Part shown: piece by piece, positions 11,321 through 23,325 of the stretch | Position numbering within the stretch: the first letter of the stretch is position 1 | Layout: every line of letters begins with the position of its first letter | DNA from: Octopus sinensis | Lineage: Eukaryota | Length of the DNA stretch: 64,000 bases | Direction of reading: 5' to 3' | NCBI RefSeq assembly: GCF_006345805.1 | Contig: NC_043005.1 | Span: 44,516,001-44,580,000 of the forward strand | Made by a program: the position numbers and the translations under genes | Notes under the pieces: model-generated | Seen by the model: only the letters and a program-made list of their open reading frames with translations | What the model was told of the DNA's origin: nothing | Databases searched by the model: none

Positions 11321-13039
11321 TTTATATTATATAACTTTGAAGACAAGATCCTCTCCTAATCATATTACCTTTACATATTTACCTAGAAATCTGATTGAGC
11401 TGACACTAATGAAGCTATTTGTAATTGCTTTTTGTTTTTATATTTTAAAGACTTACTAGATGGAGTTGTTTATCAATTTACAGGATGGATTGGTTTGTAG
11501 AGTCACCATCTGAATTGAGGCGATACATTGATTTTATTGATGTTATTCATAGAAATCTGACAAGCAAATGTTAAACAATTACTTAGTGAAACGAGTAGAA
11601 ATAAGATCATTGTATGTGTGTGCACATGTATGTATACTTGTGTGTATATACATATGTATATATGTATGTATACGTCTATGTATACATATATGTATATATA
11701 TATATATATGTGCATTTTTGTGTACATATATGTATGTGTATATGTCCATATCATAATTAAATCACCCAGTCTTTTGGCTTCTAATTTGGCTTGTGTTCAG
11801 ATATTTCCTTGTTCAAGCATCACTGCCATTCAGAACTAATCAAGGCAATATGGCCTTCCAAAATGCATTTAAAGTGGTTTTCTTAATCCCATGAATTCTT
11901 ACTGAAATTATCAAAGCAAAACGAAGAGCATTAAATTTTTCCCATATCTCTGCAACAGTCAGCTCATCCAGTAGTTTTTATAAGAATTTTTAGCATAATT
12001 TGTCTTAAAATTACAAATCATGCCTTGATCTGATGGCTGGATGGTATCATTAAAGGTTAAAAGAGAACTTTAAGGTCACAATATTCTGAATCACAGAGAT
12101 GAGATAGAATGTTATCAATTAGTAATAAAAGTTTTGAGTCAATATTGTTTTCTTTTGTGTAAATTTCAGCTTCTGGAACAAAGTTTTGATAAAACCAGTT
12201 TTTTAATATCATTGTAATAGTTATCCATAATTTTTTATTCGCATGCTAATGAACTGGGAGGGTATTTTTTTTATTCAATCTTATCATCATACACAGGTTA
12301 AGAGCACCAGTAATTAATAATGGTTGCATAAAACAGTCACCTAATGCATCACGACATTATAATAATAAAGTGATTTGATCTTTAGCTGCTTTGAATCAGC
12401 TAACTGTTTCTTCTGTTCTTGATATAAAAGTTCTCTTTGGTATTTTCGAAATAGGCTGATTTTTATTAGCATTAAATATTTGATTTAAAGAATTGGAATC
12501 AACTTTTTAGTTTGTTTTAGCACAATTTTTTTACCTCAGTTTTCGTTATCACTTAAACCCACGTTTACCTTGTTATTTGATATTATATAGAAAGCTTGAT
12601 TTACAAACGATCAAACCTTACTACTCACAAATCCAGGTTGTTATTGATGACACATTTGATTTTCAATATTGATTTGATTAAAAAGTCTTACTATTTTTTT
12701 GTTATATAGTGGTGTATAGGCAATCATTTGCTTTCTTTTTCTTTATATTCCATCTAAATTAATACAGCTTTTTTCATTGTTTCCATAAGGTAATCAAGTA
12801 TATGTGATGTATGTTTTAGGATTTATAGAATATCCTGGAATTATACAGGTGAACTGGCAGAATTATTTGCATGCAAGTTAAAACGTTTAGCATCATTTCG
12901 TCTGCCTTTACATTGTGAGTTTAAATTCAGCTGAGGTGACAAGGGACCAGAAGATGTGATGATTTGTTGTACTTGATAAGACACATCATGCTAAATAAAA
13001 CTGCTGTCTTCCGCACATACAGGCTTGTCCTTTCAGGTG

Positions 13040-13280
13040 TTAGTACCACAGAAAAAACAGCCATGCCAGTGCTGTGTAAATGTACCCATTCCAATGGCAC
13101 ATAAAAATCACCCGACACACTCTTTTAAGTGGTTGACGTTAGGAAAAGCCTTCAGCAGTAGAAACTATGCCGCAACAGACAACTGGAGTCTGGACAGCTC
13201 CCTGCTACTCAGCTCCATGTCAAACTGAACAAACAACCCATGCCAGCATGGAAAGCAGACATTAATCGATGATGATGATG
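13040..13280 (+). mobile_element. RTE LINE 3'UTR fragment
   Basis: TGGCACATAAAAA..CACTC..GTGGTTGACGTTAGGAAAAGCC...CCATGCCAGCATGGAAAGCAGAC...(GAT)n. Confidence 0.75.
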
Positions 13281-13432
13281 ATCTCAGCTTTGCTTTTCTT
13301 TCTTTGGGGGTCCATGAAATAAGTTCTAGTTGAGCAGTGGGTTTGATGTAATTCACTAACCTTTCGAGACACAATATTTCAAGACTTGTTCCTATGGCAG
13401 AAAGGATTAATATCAAACACTGAGTTCTTTTT

Positions 13433-13810
13433 TCATCATCATCGTTTAGCGTCCGCTTTCCATGCTAGCATGGGTTGGACGGTTCAACTGGGGTCTGGGA
13501 AGCCAGAAGGCTGCACCAAGCCCAGTCTGATCTGGCAATCTTTCTACGGCAGGATACCCTTCCTAACGCCAACCACTCTGTGAGTGTAGTGGGTGCTTTT
13601 TACGTGCCAGACGAGGCTGGCAAACGGCCATGATCGGATGGTGCTTTTTATGTGCCACTGGCACGGAGGGCAGTCGGGACGGCGCTGGCAACTGCCACAT
13701 TCGGATGGTTTTCTTACATGCCACCGGCACTGGTATCACAGCTACAATTTCCATTGATGTTGATCGATTTTGATTTTGATTGATTTTCACTTGTCTCAAC
13801 AGATCTGTCC
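13433..13810 (-). mobile_element. RTE LINE 3'UTR fragment with internal repeat units
   Basis: (CAT)n tail on plus strand, then CGTCCGCTTTCCATGCTAGCATGGGTTGGAC and GTGCC-N3-GGCAC units. Confidence 0.85.
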
Positions 13811-14039
13811 TGAAAGCTGTTTCCTTTATATTACATTGTTTTGTAGTTTCTACAAACCTTTTCCATTGATTTGATATTTCATTTTTTTTTTTAAACATTT
13901 GAAACTATTCATTCTTGAAAATATTTGACAATATATACAATATATAAAAAACAAAACAAAAACAGTGTAGCTGCTACTTTAACGTGTGGTCTACCTAACT
14001 ATCTGAAGAAATGAAATGAAAAGAAAATGAAACGTTGAT

Positions 14040-14510
14040 TTGGTGTTATTAAATATTCGTTTCAAATTTTGACACAAGGCCAGCAATTTTAAGGGAGTAG
14101 TAAGTCAATTACATGGACCTCAGTGTTCAACTGGTATTTGCTTTATCGACTCCAAAGGATGAAAGGCAAAATTGACCTTGGCGACATTTGAACTCAGAAC
14201 ATAAAGACAGACGAAAGGCCGCTAAGTAGTTTGCTCAGCTTGCTAACGATTCTGCCAGCTCGCCTTCTTGGTGTTATCAAAAATTAGTTTCAAAATTTTG
14301 GTACAAGGTTAGCAAGTTCGGAGGATGAGGTAAGTCGATTGCATCGACCCCAGTATTTCACTAGAACATATTTTATCGACCCCGAAAGGATGAAAGGCAA
14401 AGTCGACCTTGGCGGAATTTGAACTCAGAACGTACAGGCGGACGAAATGCCGGTAAGAACTTCGCCCGGCGTGCAAGCGATTCTGCCAACTCGCCACCTT
14501 TTGGTGTTGC
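14040..14510 (-). mobile_element. Head-to-tail dimer of SINE family A
   Basis: Two copies (~14058-14268 and ~14285-14498); TTGGTGTT recurs before, between and after them. Confidence 0.85.
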
Positions 14511-14799
14511 AAAATATTGATATATGTAAGATTACAATAAATAAATAAATAGTCGTCCAATACGAAAACTGTGCGAAAAGGAAAACGTACAAACTGAGAA
14601 CCGTGTTAACCGCGGTACAACTGTTCTTTACACTCACGTACATTTCAACATTTACCCTCACATAAGCACACGGCTTTCATATAACGGCGTAAGAAGATAT
14701 TCTAACACTATTACAGTTGTGAAGGATTTGCATTCAAGAATGAGCAGATTCGGCTGTAAAATTAATTTATATAACAAATAAAGTCGTGTTCTGTTACAG

Positions 14800-14848
14800 C
14801 TACAGCGTGATCTAGAAGGGCAAACGGCAACTGCCAGAGGATAACCAG
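14800..14848 (+). other. Candidate exon (acceptor and donor) in a CpG-rich unique region
   Basis: TTCTGTTACAG or CTACAG acceptor-like sites; CAG|GTAATA donor at 14848/14849. Confidence 0.25.
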
Positions 14849-15540
14849 GTAATATTTGAAGTATCGACGGAGGTGTGTAATAACGGCAATGAAGGAAGAA
14901 CAATTAGTTGAAAGGTTAAACACTGAAAAGCATTAGTGAAAAGCTTTCAATTATCTGAGAAATCAATAACAAGAGTTTTCTTTCGGGGCAGCATAAGCAT
15001 GAAAACCTATTATAGAAAGGAATGAATCAGCTTTAAAGTGAGATGAAAAGCTAAAGGTCGAATACTGTTATAGTTTATTTGATACGTTTGATATGATAGC
15101 CCATCCACTAGCTATGGATTACGAACACATCTATGATTCTATCATGTTATTGGGACGTGTTGTTTTCGCTTGTTGTTTAGATTAATATGAAAAACTACAA
15201 CTACAACTACTACTGCTGCTGAGTATAATTTTTTTTTTCAAAATTTTTACACATTTTCTTGGGGTTTCTGCTCTTCCTTTCTAGCATCTATTAACGTAAC
15301 ACAGAATTCCAACAGTTTCATTCCTGATCGTCCATCAAGTGTCATGCCATACATATACCTATGCAAGTAGTCGACGAGAATTTGACTTTCAAAAATCTTC
15401 GTTACACAGAAATCCCTATGCTGGCTTTGCTTTTTATCATTACGGGGACGATAGAATAAAGTACCAGTCAGGTAAGGCATCCCCCTGGTTACGGTATTTT
15501 ACGCTTACGGAAATTATAAAGTATGACCATTAATTTCAGG

Positions 15541-15908
15541 GCGATCTTTCGTCTCTAGTAGACCTTTCCGTCGATTTCCGTAAATTTTTTTTTCTTTTTA
15601 CATATGGGCTTACGGGAACTTTTGAAGTAATGAAAGCGAAAGAGACTAAGAGAAAGCAATTGTATGACGACGGAAGTTCTTTTGAAGTTACCGTGCATGG
15701 GAAGCGTTGATGTACATGTGTGTGTGTGTGTGTGTGTGTTGATGGGGTGTGCACGGTAACTTGAAAAGAACTTCCCTCGTCATACAATCGCTTTCTCTTA
15801 GTCTCTTTCGCTCTCATTACTTCAAAAGTTCCCGCAAGCCCATATGTAAAAAAAAAAAAAATTTTTACGGAAATCGACGGAAAGGTCTACTAGAGACGAA
15901 AGATACCC
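15541..15908. mobile_element. Foldback MITE with ~155-bp TIRs and 9-10 bp TSD (Mutator-like)
   Basis: Arms 15544-15697 and 15750-15904 are near-perfect reverse complements around a 52-bp spacer; direct repeat AATTTCAGGG at 15532-15541 and 15909-15918. Confidence 0.9.
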
Positions 15909-16105
15909 AATTTCAGGGTAATTTCGCTCTCACAGAAACTCGTACAAAATAGTTTTAAATTGTTAACGATTTAAAACTACACTTTCTTAGCTCAATGGCC
16001 ACTTGCGTTTTAGTTACGATCAAATTATATAGTTAACGATTCGGAAAACCATCATCACGTAACACATATATACATACACATGTATATATAATGTATATAA
16101 TGTGA

Positions 16106-16146
<41 letters not shown>

Positions 16147-16335
16147 ATATATATGAATGCGTGTTTGTGTATGCATTTCTCCCAACAGTCATATATAATA
16201 TGAAGTAGATATGCGATTTCATTTCAAATAAAAACAATGCGGTATCCTAGTGCATTTTAAAAGTTGAATGAAATGGCTTTAATCTTAGGGCTATGTTAAA
16301 TTTCAGGCCTTATGCTTACAGTAGAAAGGATTATT

Positions 16336-16409
16336 ATATGAGAACTTTCAAACAACTTATGACAAAGAAGATAAACCTATGGTGAGATTTCTTGAAGAAA
16401 TTCAACATA

Positions 16410-16466
<57 letters not shown>

Positions 16467-16870
16467 AATTATTGCATACAGTTCTCAGGTGCACCACAAC
16501 TTGTCAGACAGTGCGTATAAAGTATACGCAGTAATGTACAAATGTCTGGAAAGCGAATAATGTATGAGTCAGATACATGCTTGTGTGTGTATGGAGGGGA
16601 GAAAATCAGGTGTAGTGTTGGCGAATCTCAGAAAGCATGGAAGTTTTGAAGAATGCAGTGCTCCGACGGATGCTGTGGATAATATAGCTGAGTCATGGGA
16701 TGAAATGAAACTTTCGACTTCGAAAAATGCTTGGAAAAGTACATGGTCAGGCTGTATCCGTGACATTACAACTTTCCCTCAAGCAGAAAGATATAGTGAC
16801 ACACCACTTAAATTGGCTACAAAAATTATTGCTAAAGGGTTGGCACGTACAGAGGAAAGTCTACAGGTTT
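16336..16870 (+). pseudogene. Tigger/pogo transposase fragment interrupted by an insertion
   Basis: DFLKKFNI (ends 16409) joins TDAVDNIAESWDEMKLSTSKNAWKSTWSGCIRDITTFP (from 16666); matches the pogo/Tigger 'NI.DA..NI..AW.EV....WK..W' segment. Confidence 0.75.
16410..16665 (-). mobile_element. Short retroposed insertion with (ATT)n tail
   Basis: (AAT)n tract 16412-16464 on plus strand; removing 16410-16665 restores the Tigger frame. Confidence 0.65.
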
Positions 16871-16976
16871 TTTTTGTTTTTTTTGTCTTTGTTTTTGGGT
16901 GGTCCAAATCATGAGCGTAACATAAAAATTACTGGCGAAATTTACTGAGCTGTACAAAGGGATTATGCGTTATATA

Positions 16977-17206
16977 TATTTCTTTACTACCCACAAGGGG
17001 CTAAACATAGAGGGGACAAACAAGGACAGACAAAGGGATTAAGTCGATTATATCGACCCCAGTGCGTAACTGGTACTTAATTTATCGACCCCGAAAGGAT
17101 GAAAGGCAAAGTCGACCTCGGCGGAATTTGAACCCAGAACACTTAACGGCAGACGAAATACGGCTACGCATTTCGCCCGACGTGCTAACGTTTCTGCCAG
17201 CTCGCC
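16977..17206 (-). mobile_element. SINE family A, young full-length copy (Meta-like core)
   Basis: tRNA-like head, core GTCGACTTTGCCTTTCATCCTTTCGGGGTCGAT, CpGs retained; 10-bp TSD GCGTTATATA at 16967-16976 and 17207-17216. Confidence 0.92.
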
Positions 17207-17455
17207 GCGTTATATAAACAACAGCGTTGGATAAGTTCTTCACCCACTCAAGCTGATGCTGGTGATAAAAAATTATAAAACACTTGTAATGAACAGCTAC
17301 AGAATAGCTAAACGGATCCGAAACCGAATCCTCATTTTAATTAGCTATCATTGTCCCTCATTCTCTTAGTGACGCCTATTCTTCCACCACCATCAGCTCT
17401 TATTAATTTCTTAACGTATTCCTCTTGAAATATTTTTTGCGCTTTTATGCATCTA

Positions 17456-18185
17456 AGAGGGGATACCCAAAAGAAACCGTAATTTTGCAATGTTATTTAC
17501 ATGTTTACGCTTTTATCGCCTTCAAATTAATCTTCATTTGAAGCAATGCATCGGTCCAGATGCGTTTTCAACTATTCGAAGCGGTGTTGGAACACTTGCG
17601 AAATGATGCCTTCTAACGCCTCCGCCGTTTTTTTCTTCACCTCTTCCACACCTGCAAATCAGTAACATCAGTTTTCGTCACCAATGATGACCTTCGAAAA
17701 GTGCTCCGGGTCAGCTTCCAACTGTTCTTTCAGTTCACGACATGCATTCAGTCGCGACTGTTTTTGATCTTCCGTGAGCAAGCGAGGCACAAATTTTGTT
17801 ACAACTCTTTTCATTTGCAATTCTTCATTCAAAATTAGTTGGCTGGAGCTCCAAGGCATACTTGCAGGTGCCAGTGGGAACTAGTAGCGGATGCTTCAGG
17901 ACACTCCAGTCATGTCGACAAGTTCAATTGTTCAGAGATATTTTCGTTCGGGAAGTGGACGGTCGTCCTGAACGAGATTGGCCTTCAAGCGACAATTGAC
18001 CATTCCTAAAGCGTGAAAACCACTCGTAAACTTGTGTTTTGCTCATGGCAGCATCCTTGCAAGCAGTTTGAAGCATGATAACTGTTTCGGCTGCCGTTTT
18101 CCCCGGCAGAAAATAGAATTTCAAGGAAACACGCTGTTCCTTCGTTTCAGCCATCGCAAAAATCGACAAACAGGGAAATACTGAA
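17456..18185 (-). mobile_element. Internally deleted mariner element
   Basis: EQRVSLKF...VYEWFSRFRNG...RSGRPSTS (HTH), KFVPRLLTEDQKQSR...IIGDE (first catalytic D), then C-terminal EVKKKTAEAL...RCIAS...FEGD; TA plus TIR AGAGGGGATACCCAAAAGAAACCG at 17454-17479; other TIR replaced by a SINE fragment. Confidence 0.9.
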
Positions 18186-18368
18186 TCGAGATCCCAGTTC
18201 TAATTATTTTTGTAAAGTCTGGTACTTATTCAATCGGTCTCTTTTACCGAACCATTAATATATAGATACATGGCATGGTTTCGTTATATGTATCGTACAT
18301 ATATATATATTTGGCAATAAATCTTGTTTGTTTACGTACATGTAATTTAGCAGTTCAGCAAAAACGAC

Positions 18369-18399
<31 letters not shown>

Positions 18400-18516
18400 C
18401 CGATAAAATAAGTACTAGACTTTAAAATATCAACGTACTGGGGTCGATTTGATACACTAAACCTTTCAAAACGACTGAAAGAAAAATGGTAAACGATATA
18501 TTAAATAAAAAGGCGA

Positions 18517-18747
18517 GGCGGCGAGCTGTCAGAAACGTTAGCACGCCGGGCGAAATACGCAGCCGTATTTCGTCTGCCGTTACGTTCTGAGTTCAAATTC
18601 CGCCGAGGTCGACTTTGTCTTTCATCCTTTCGGGGTCGATTAAATAAGTACCAGTTACGCACTGGGGTCGATATAATCGACTTAATCCGTTTGTCTGTCC
18701 TTCTTTGTCCTCTCTGTGTTTAGCCCCTTGTGGGTAGTAAAGAAATA
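18517..18747 (+). mobile_element. SINE family A, young full-length copy
   Basis: Highly similar to 16977-17206; 17-bp TSD GATATA(T/A)TAAATAAAAA at 18495-18511 and 18748-18764 (1 mismatch). Confidence 0.92.
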
Positions 18748-18781
18748 GATATAATAAATAAAAATATATAGATATATATAA

Positions 18782-18850
18782 ACGGCGGTGCATCAGCATG
18801 GCCGCAGCTCTGAGCTGAAACTAGAAAGTAAAAAAAAGATAAAAGAAAAA
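18782..18850 (+). mobile_element. Ultra-truncated CR1-group LINE tail
   Basis: GGCGGTGCATCAGCATGGCCGCAGCTCTGAGCTGAAACT matches the LINE tail at 42481-42520. Confidence 0.6.
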
Positions 18851-19065
18851 AAGAAACGATACGGAAAACCATAATCCTAACAAAAACATTTTTCTTGACC
18901 TTATATCTATCTTTTTCACAATATCGTTTTCTGTCGACAAATTTGCAAAGAAATTCATCCGTCTTGTGTCACGGACGATCGTAATTAATATGTTTTCATA
19001 AGCTTTAGTTTACTAAATCTTCTCTCCCCCGTGGCTATAAGTTATAGATATACCGTGAGCATTAT

Positions 19066-19254
19066 TCATAATGCAACCCACAGATTTGGCATGACATCCC
19101 ATAGCTTATTACGACTGTTGATGACTTTAACGGCTTCTATCAAAATCTTTCCATTTCCAGAAAATAATTCTTTTGAAATATCTAGTTCAGTCAAGAGACA
19201 ACATCCGTTAGTATCATCAATATAACGTTTTAACATAAGCTTTATCCTACACAA
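19066..19254 (-). pseudogene. Possible Penelope-like reverse transcriptase remnant
   Basis: KRYIDDT motif followed ~25 aa later by KILIE....N..KLWDV, resembling the PLE RT 'RYIDD...FTIE.E....FLDV' pattern. Confidence 0.4.
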
Positions 19255-19299
19255 CGAATGTTTTGCATTTAGCTTTTATTTCATCATACTTATATTATT

Positions 19300-19860
19300 T
19301 TCTATGATTTACTGGACACTACCTTGAAGAGTTTCGGTCGAACGAATCAATCCTAATCCTTATGTTTTGAGCCTAGTATTTATTCTACCCGTCTCTCATG
19401 CTGAACCGCTTAAGTTACAGGGACGTAAACAGACCAATACCGATTGTCAAGTGGTGGTGAGAAACACACACACGTATATGTAAACATATATTCATACACG
19501 CACGATGGTCTTCTTTCAGTTTCTGTCTATCACGCATGACGTTTTGGTTGGCCTAGGACTATAGCAGAAGACATTTGTCCAAGGCAGTGGTTTTCAACCA
19601 GGGTTCCGCCAGTACAGTCCAGGGGTTCCGCAAAAAGTTGCTAAACTACTAAAATCGGCAGTAATTTTTAATTCTCCTGTGCAGATATGTGTGCATAAGA
19701 CTATTAAATTATTGCACAGGTGTTCCTCGAGCCAGTGGAATGTTTCCTTGGGGTTCCGCTCCAGCAAAAAGTTTGAAAAGCACTGGTCCAAGGTGTCATG
19801 CAGTGAAACTGAATCCTGAACTATGGTTGGGAAGCAAACTTATAACGTCACAGCCCCAGT
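19300..19860 (-). mobile_element. SINE family B interrupted by a hAT MITE
   Basis: SINE B sequence resumes exactly across the 19585-19785 insertion. Confidence 0.8.
19585..19785. mobile_element. hAT-type MITE (201 bp)
   Basis: TIRs CAGTGGTTTTCAAC / TTTGAAAAGCACTG; perfect 8-bp TSD GTCCAAGG at 19577-19584 and 19786-19793. Confidence 0.92.
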
Positions 19861-21346
19861 TTGAGTTTGGAAGATATCAAGCGCATAAAGAGGGGAGTTG
19901 CTAGTACATACCCCCGGCCCTATACGTTTTGGGATTTCTCTTAATTTATGTAAATCCACCATTTCATGCGTTTATCTTATGTGTAATTTCTTACATTGGC
20001 TTGAACCACAGAATTAGTGATGTGAGAACAGTAGTGTTAGGGTCTGTGCCGCTCTAAACGGTCCTTGAGTTTGCTACCCAACTCTAGTAACAAACGTCAT
20101 AATATACATATATAATAGTGCCGTATTTATTCATTCTTTAACAATGCTTATGAGTGGAGAGAGGTAATCAGTAGCGGTGTTCATACATTTCCTAAAAGCA
20201 TTTGAGAAACTAAATTAAATATTTTAAACTAGGGGCCAAGTACTTTTAGTCACATACGCATACTTGTGTCTATGAATAAATATGTTATTCTTCATTATAC
20301 GAATACATATTGATGATTATATACATATTTACATAATCACACAAAAACATCTAAATCTACATATTACATACATGCACACACACACACACACAGACTAATT
20401 TCTGATTATATGTTGATATTTATTTATTTATTGACATTTTCTTCCAGTTAATCCTTCATACCTGATTTAACAAATTTAATAACGACTTTTCTTTGATCTG
20501 CTGCTGCATTTCTAAATTAATTGTAGAATTATTCAGAATTATTCCTGCCATATTTATTGGTCATTTAGGTTTGAAACACAACACACACACCAGCTGTTTC
20601 TTCTCGTCTAGCTTTCTTTCCATCTCTAAAACTTCACACATTTCAAATGTTCAATTTAAACACACACACACACAGATGCGCGCCTGTACATACATACGAC
20701 TGTGTGTAAACGTGTACCTGTAAGTGCTTGTGAATGTGAGCGTATGAGTACATGTGTGTGTATATATTCTCTTAAGTCCGTGTTTGCGTGCGTGCGTGCG
20801 TGCGCGCTTATATCTATGAATGATTTAACAAAACCAGATGTGCTGACTCATGTTTACCTGAATCCTAATTAATAACGAAATTAAAGTAAGAATGAAATAA
20901 CAATTGGTATATGTATGTATTAGCATATAACTTCCTGTGTGAGTGTACACATGTACGTGTGTGTGTGTGTGTGTGTGTGTGTATTAGCTGACGTTTGCTT
21001 GGGTGCATATGTTAATATGAACGTAAGTATATTTGTGGGTATATGTGAGTACATAGGCGAAATATAGTATCTATGTATACCTGAAGCTATGAACTTCGTG
21101 TGCCTATGTGTATATGTTTGTTTATGTATGTTTGTGAATGTGTGTGTAGGCGGCTGTTTATATGCAAGCACGTGTTTTTGTTTTAGCCTGTATTTGTTTA
21201 AAGCGCATAAGATTGTGCATGTGTATTTATATACCTATGTGTCTGAATGTGTGTATGGCTACAATTAGGAACTTTTGACTTGCATGCAGGTCTGCATGTC
21301 AGCATGTGTAGACGCGTATGGAAGTGCATGTGTGTTAGAATGCCTT

Positions 21347-21560
21347 TCTTTAAAATATGTATTTGTGTGTATATGGACAGAATGGATCAATGAATGTTTA
21401 AGTGTGTGTGTGTGTGTGTATAAATATGAATCTTTAGTATGTTTTGTCTAGTCTTTCTTTAAAATATGTATTTGTGTGTATATGGACAGAATGGATTAAT
21501 TAATGTGTAAGTGTGTGTGTGTTTGTAAATATGAATTTTTTTGTATGTTTTGTCTACGCA
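21347..21560. repeat. ~110-bp tandem duplication within a low-complexity TG/TA region
   Basis: TTAAAATATGTATTTGTGTGTATATGGACAGAATGGAT occurs twice, ~112 bp apart. Confidence 0.85.
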
Positions 21561-21739
21561 ACAGAATGCACATATGCATGTTTGTAAATACATGTGTGAG
21601 AGTGTACAGTCAATTGCATGTATGTATGTAGGTATTTGCTTTGTATATGCATGTGTGTGTGTGTGTGAATACATCTATCTGTATGCGTCTGATCATCACT
21701 GCTAATCCTTTTTCATAATTAATTTTAGACATTCAGGCA

Positions 21740-21950
21740 AAATCGTTAACAAGTCAGACAAAATGCTTAGTGACATTTCGTCCGCTTTTAAGTTCTGAGT
21801 TCAAATTCCGCTGAGGTCGAGCTGGCCTTTCATCTTTTCGAGATCAATAAAATAAATAGCAGTAAAGCACCGGAGTAGATGTAATCGACTAACCCTCCCA
21901 CAAATTTCAGGCATTGTACCAATAATAGAAAGGATTATTATTTTAAACAT
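21740..21950 (+). mobile_element. SINE family A (CCTTGTGCC/ATT-tail subtype)
   Basis: TTCTGAGTTCAAATTCCGCTGAGGTCGA...GCCTTTCATC; ends GAAAGGATTATTATT. Confidence 0.8.
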
Positions 21951-22759
21951 TTTGTTTCCGATAGGAAAAACTATCCTAAAAGTTGGGGTGGGAGAAGTGT
22001 TTTAAAAACGAAAAGTTGTGATGTCTTTCTTAAGTTGACTTGACCACTGATAGATATTTGAGTTAAATTATTTGATATCTCATTACGCCTTGTGGGTGGA
22101 TTTGGTGGATGGAACCTGAAAGAAGTCCATATATTGTTTAATATATTGTCCGGCAATACAAGAAGACCATAATCGCCTGAGGTGCAGTGCCATGGGACTG
22201 AACCCGAAACAATGTGGTACAAAATGAGCTTCTTTCTCCCCGCACAGCCATGCTTGTGCCAAATCAAAATCTTCAGCATATTGGATCAAGTCTGAGTATC
22301 AAATCATTATAACCCTGATTATTGAACAAAATCAAAAATGTAATCCAAAGTCTTTCATAAAATAAAACAAACTGGCATGTTACACTTTTAACAACGTTAA
22401 CTATGGAACAATGTCAGGGCCTAATCGAAATATTTAACATAGTGAAACAGTAATGCATCGACATAGAGAAAAAATTGTAAACTGTGAAATTTTCAAGTGT
22501 CCTGATGAATGCTGTTAAATCATTTACTTATGATTCTATAATGTATTAATATTGAGGTCAAATGTTGTAGTCAGGCAGTAAATAAACTGAATTTGCTATC
22601 TATTTTCAATTCTAGTTGGTGCTATGGTGCTTTCATTATTTCATAAATAACCTTGGGAAGGGCATGAAAATAATCAACAATACTTCTAGATTTTTATATC
22701 ACTTCTCCCAAAATCGTTAGTCTTCAAATTTAACCCAGAATTAATTATTCTATTTTTGC

Positions 22760-23020
22760 TGTACTGGCACCATGTAAAAAGCACCCATGCTGGTGCCACA
22801 TAAAATGTGCCTGTGATGGTATTATGTAAAAAGCTCTTGTGCTGGTGTCACTTAAAAAGCACCCAGTACACTCTGTAAAGTGGTTGGTGACAGGAAGGTC
22901 ATCCAGCCATAAAATCCATGCCAAAACAGAAGACTGGAGCCTGGTGCAGCTCTTCAGCTTACCAGTTCCAGTCAAACCATGTAGCTCATGCCAGCATAGA
23001 AAACAGGCATTAAATGTTAA
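22760..23020 (+). mobile_element. RTE LINE 3'UTR fragment
   Basis: Repeated GGTG(G/T)CAC.TAAAA units, GGAAGGTCATCCAGCC, CATGCCAGCATAGAAAAC. Confidence 0.7.
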
Positions 23021-23104
23021 GGCTATTAAATTCTTCCTTGCTCACTAATCCATTTTTATTTTCATTTGCATATGAAGATCACTGCTATCTAAATTGTCTC
23101 AAAT

Positions 23105-23325
23105 ATATTGCTTTCAAAGTTTAACACAAGGCCAGCGGTTTGGGAGGAAGGGCTATGTCAATTACATCAACCTCAGTACTCAACTGGTATTACTTTGTCA
23201 ACTCCAAAAGGATGGAAGGCAAAAATCAACCTTCACAGCATTTGAACTCAGAACACAAAGATAGATCAAATGCCACTAAGCATTTTGCCCAGCATGTCAA
23301 CAATTCAGCCAGCTCACTGCTTTAG
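23105..23325 (-). mobile_element. SINE family A, CpG-decayed
   Basis: Reverse-complement family A architecture with TG/CA at CpG positions. Confidence 0.75.
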
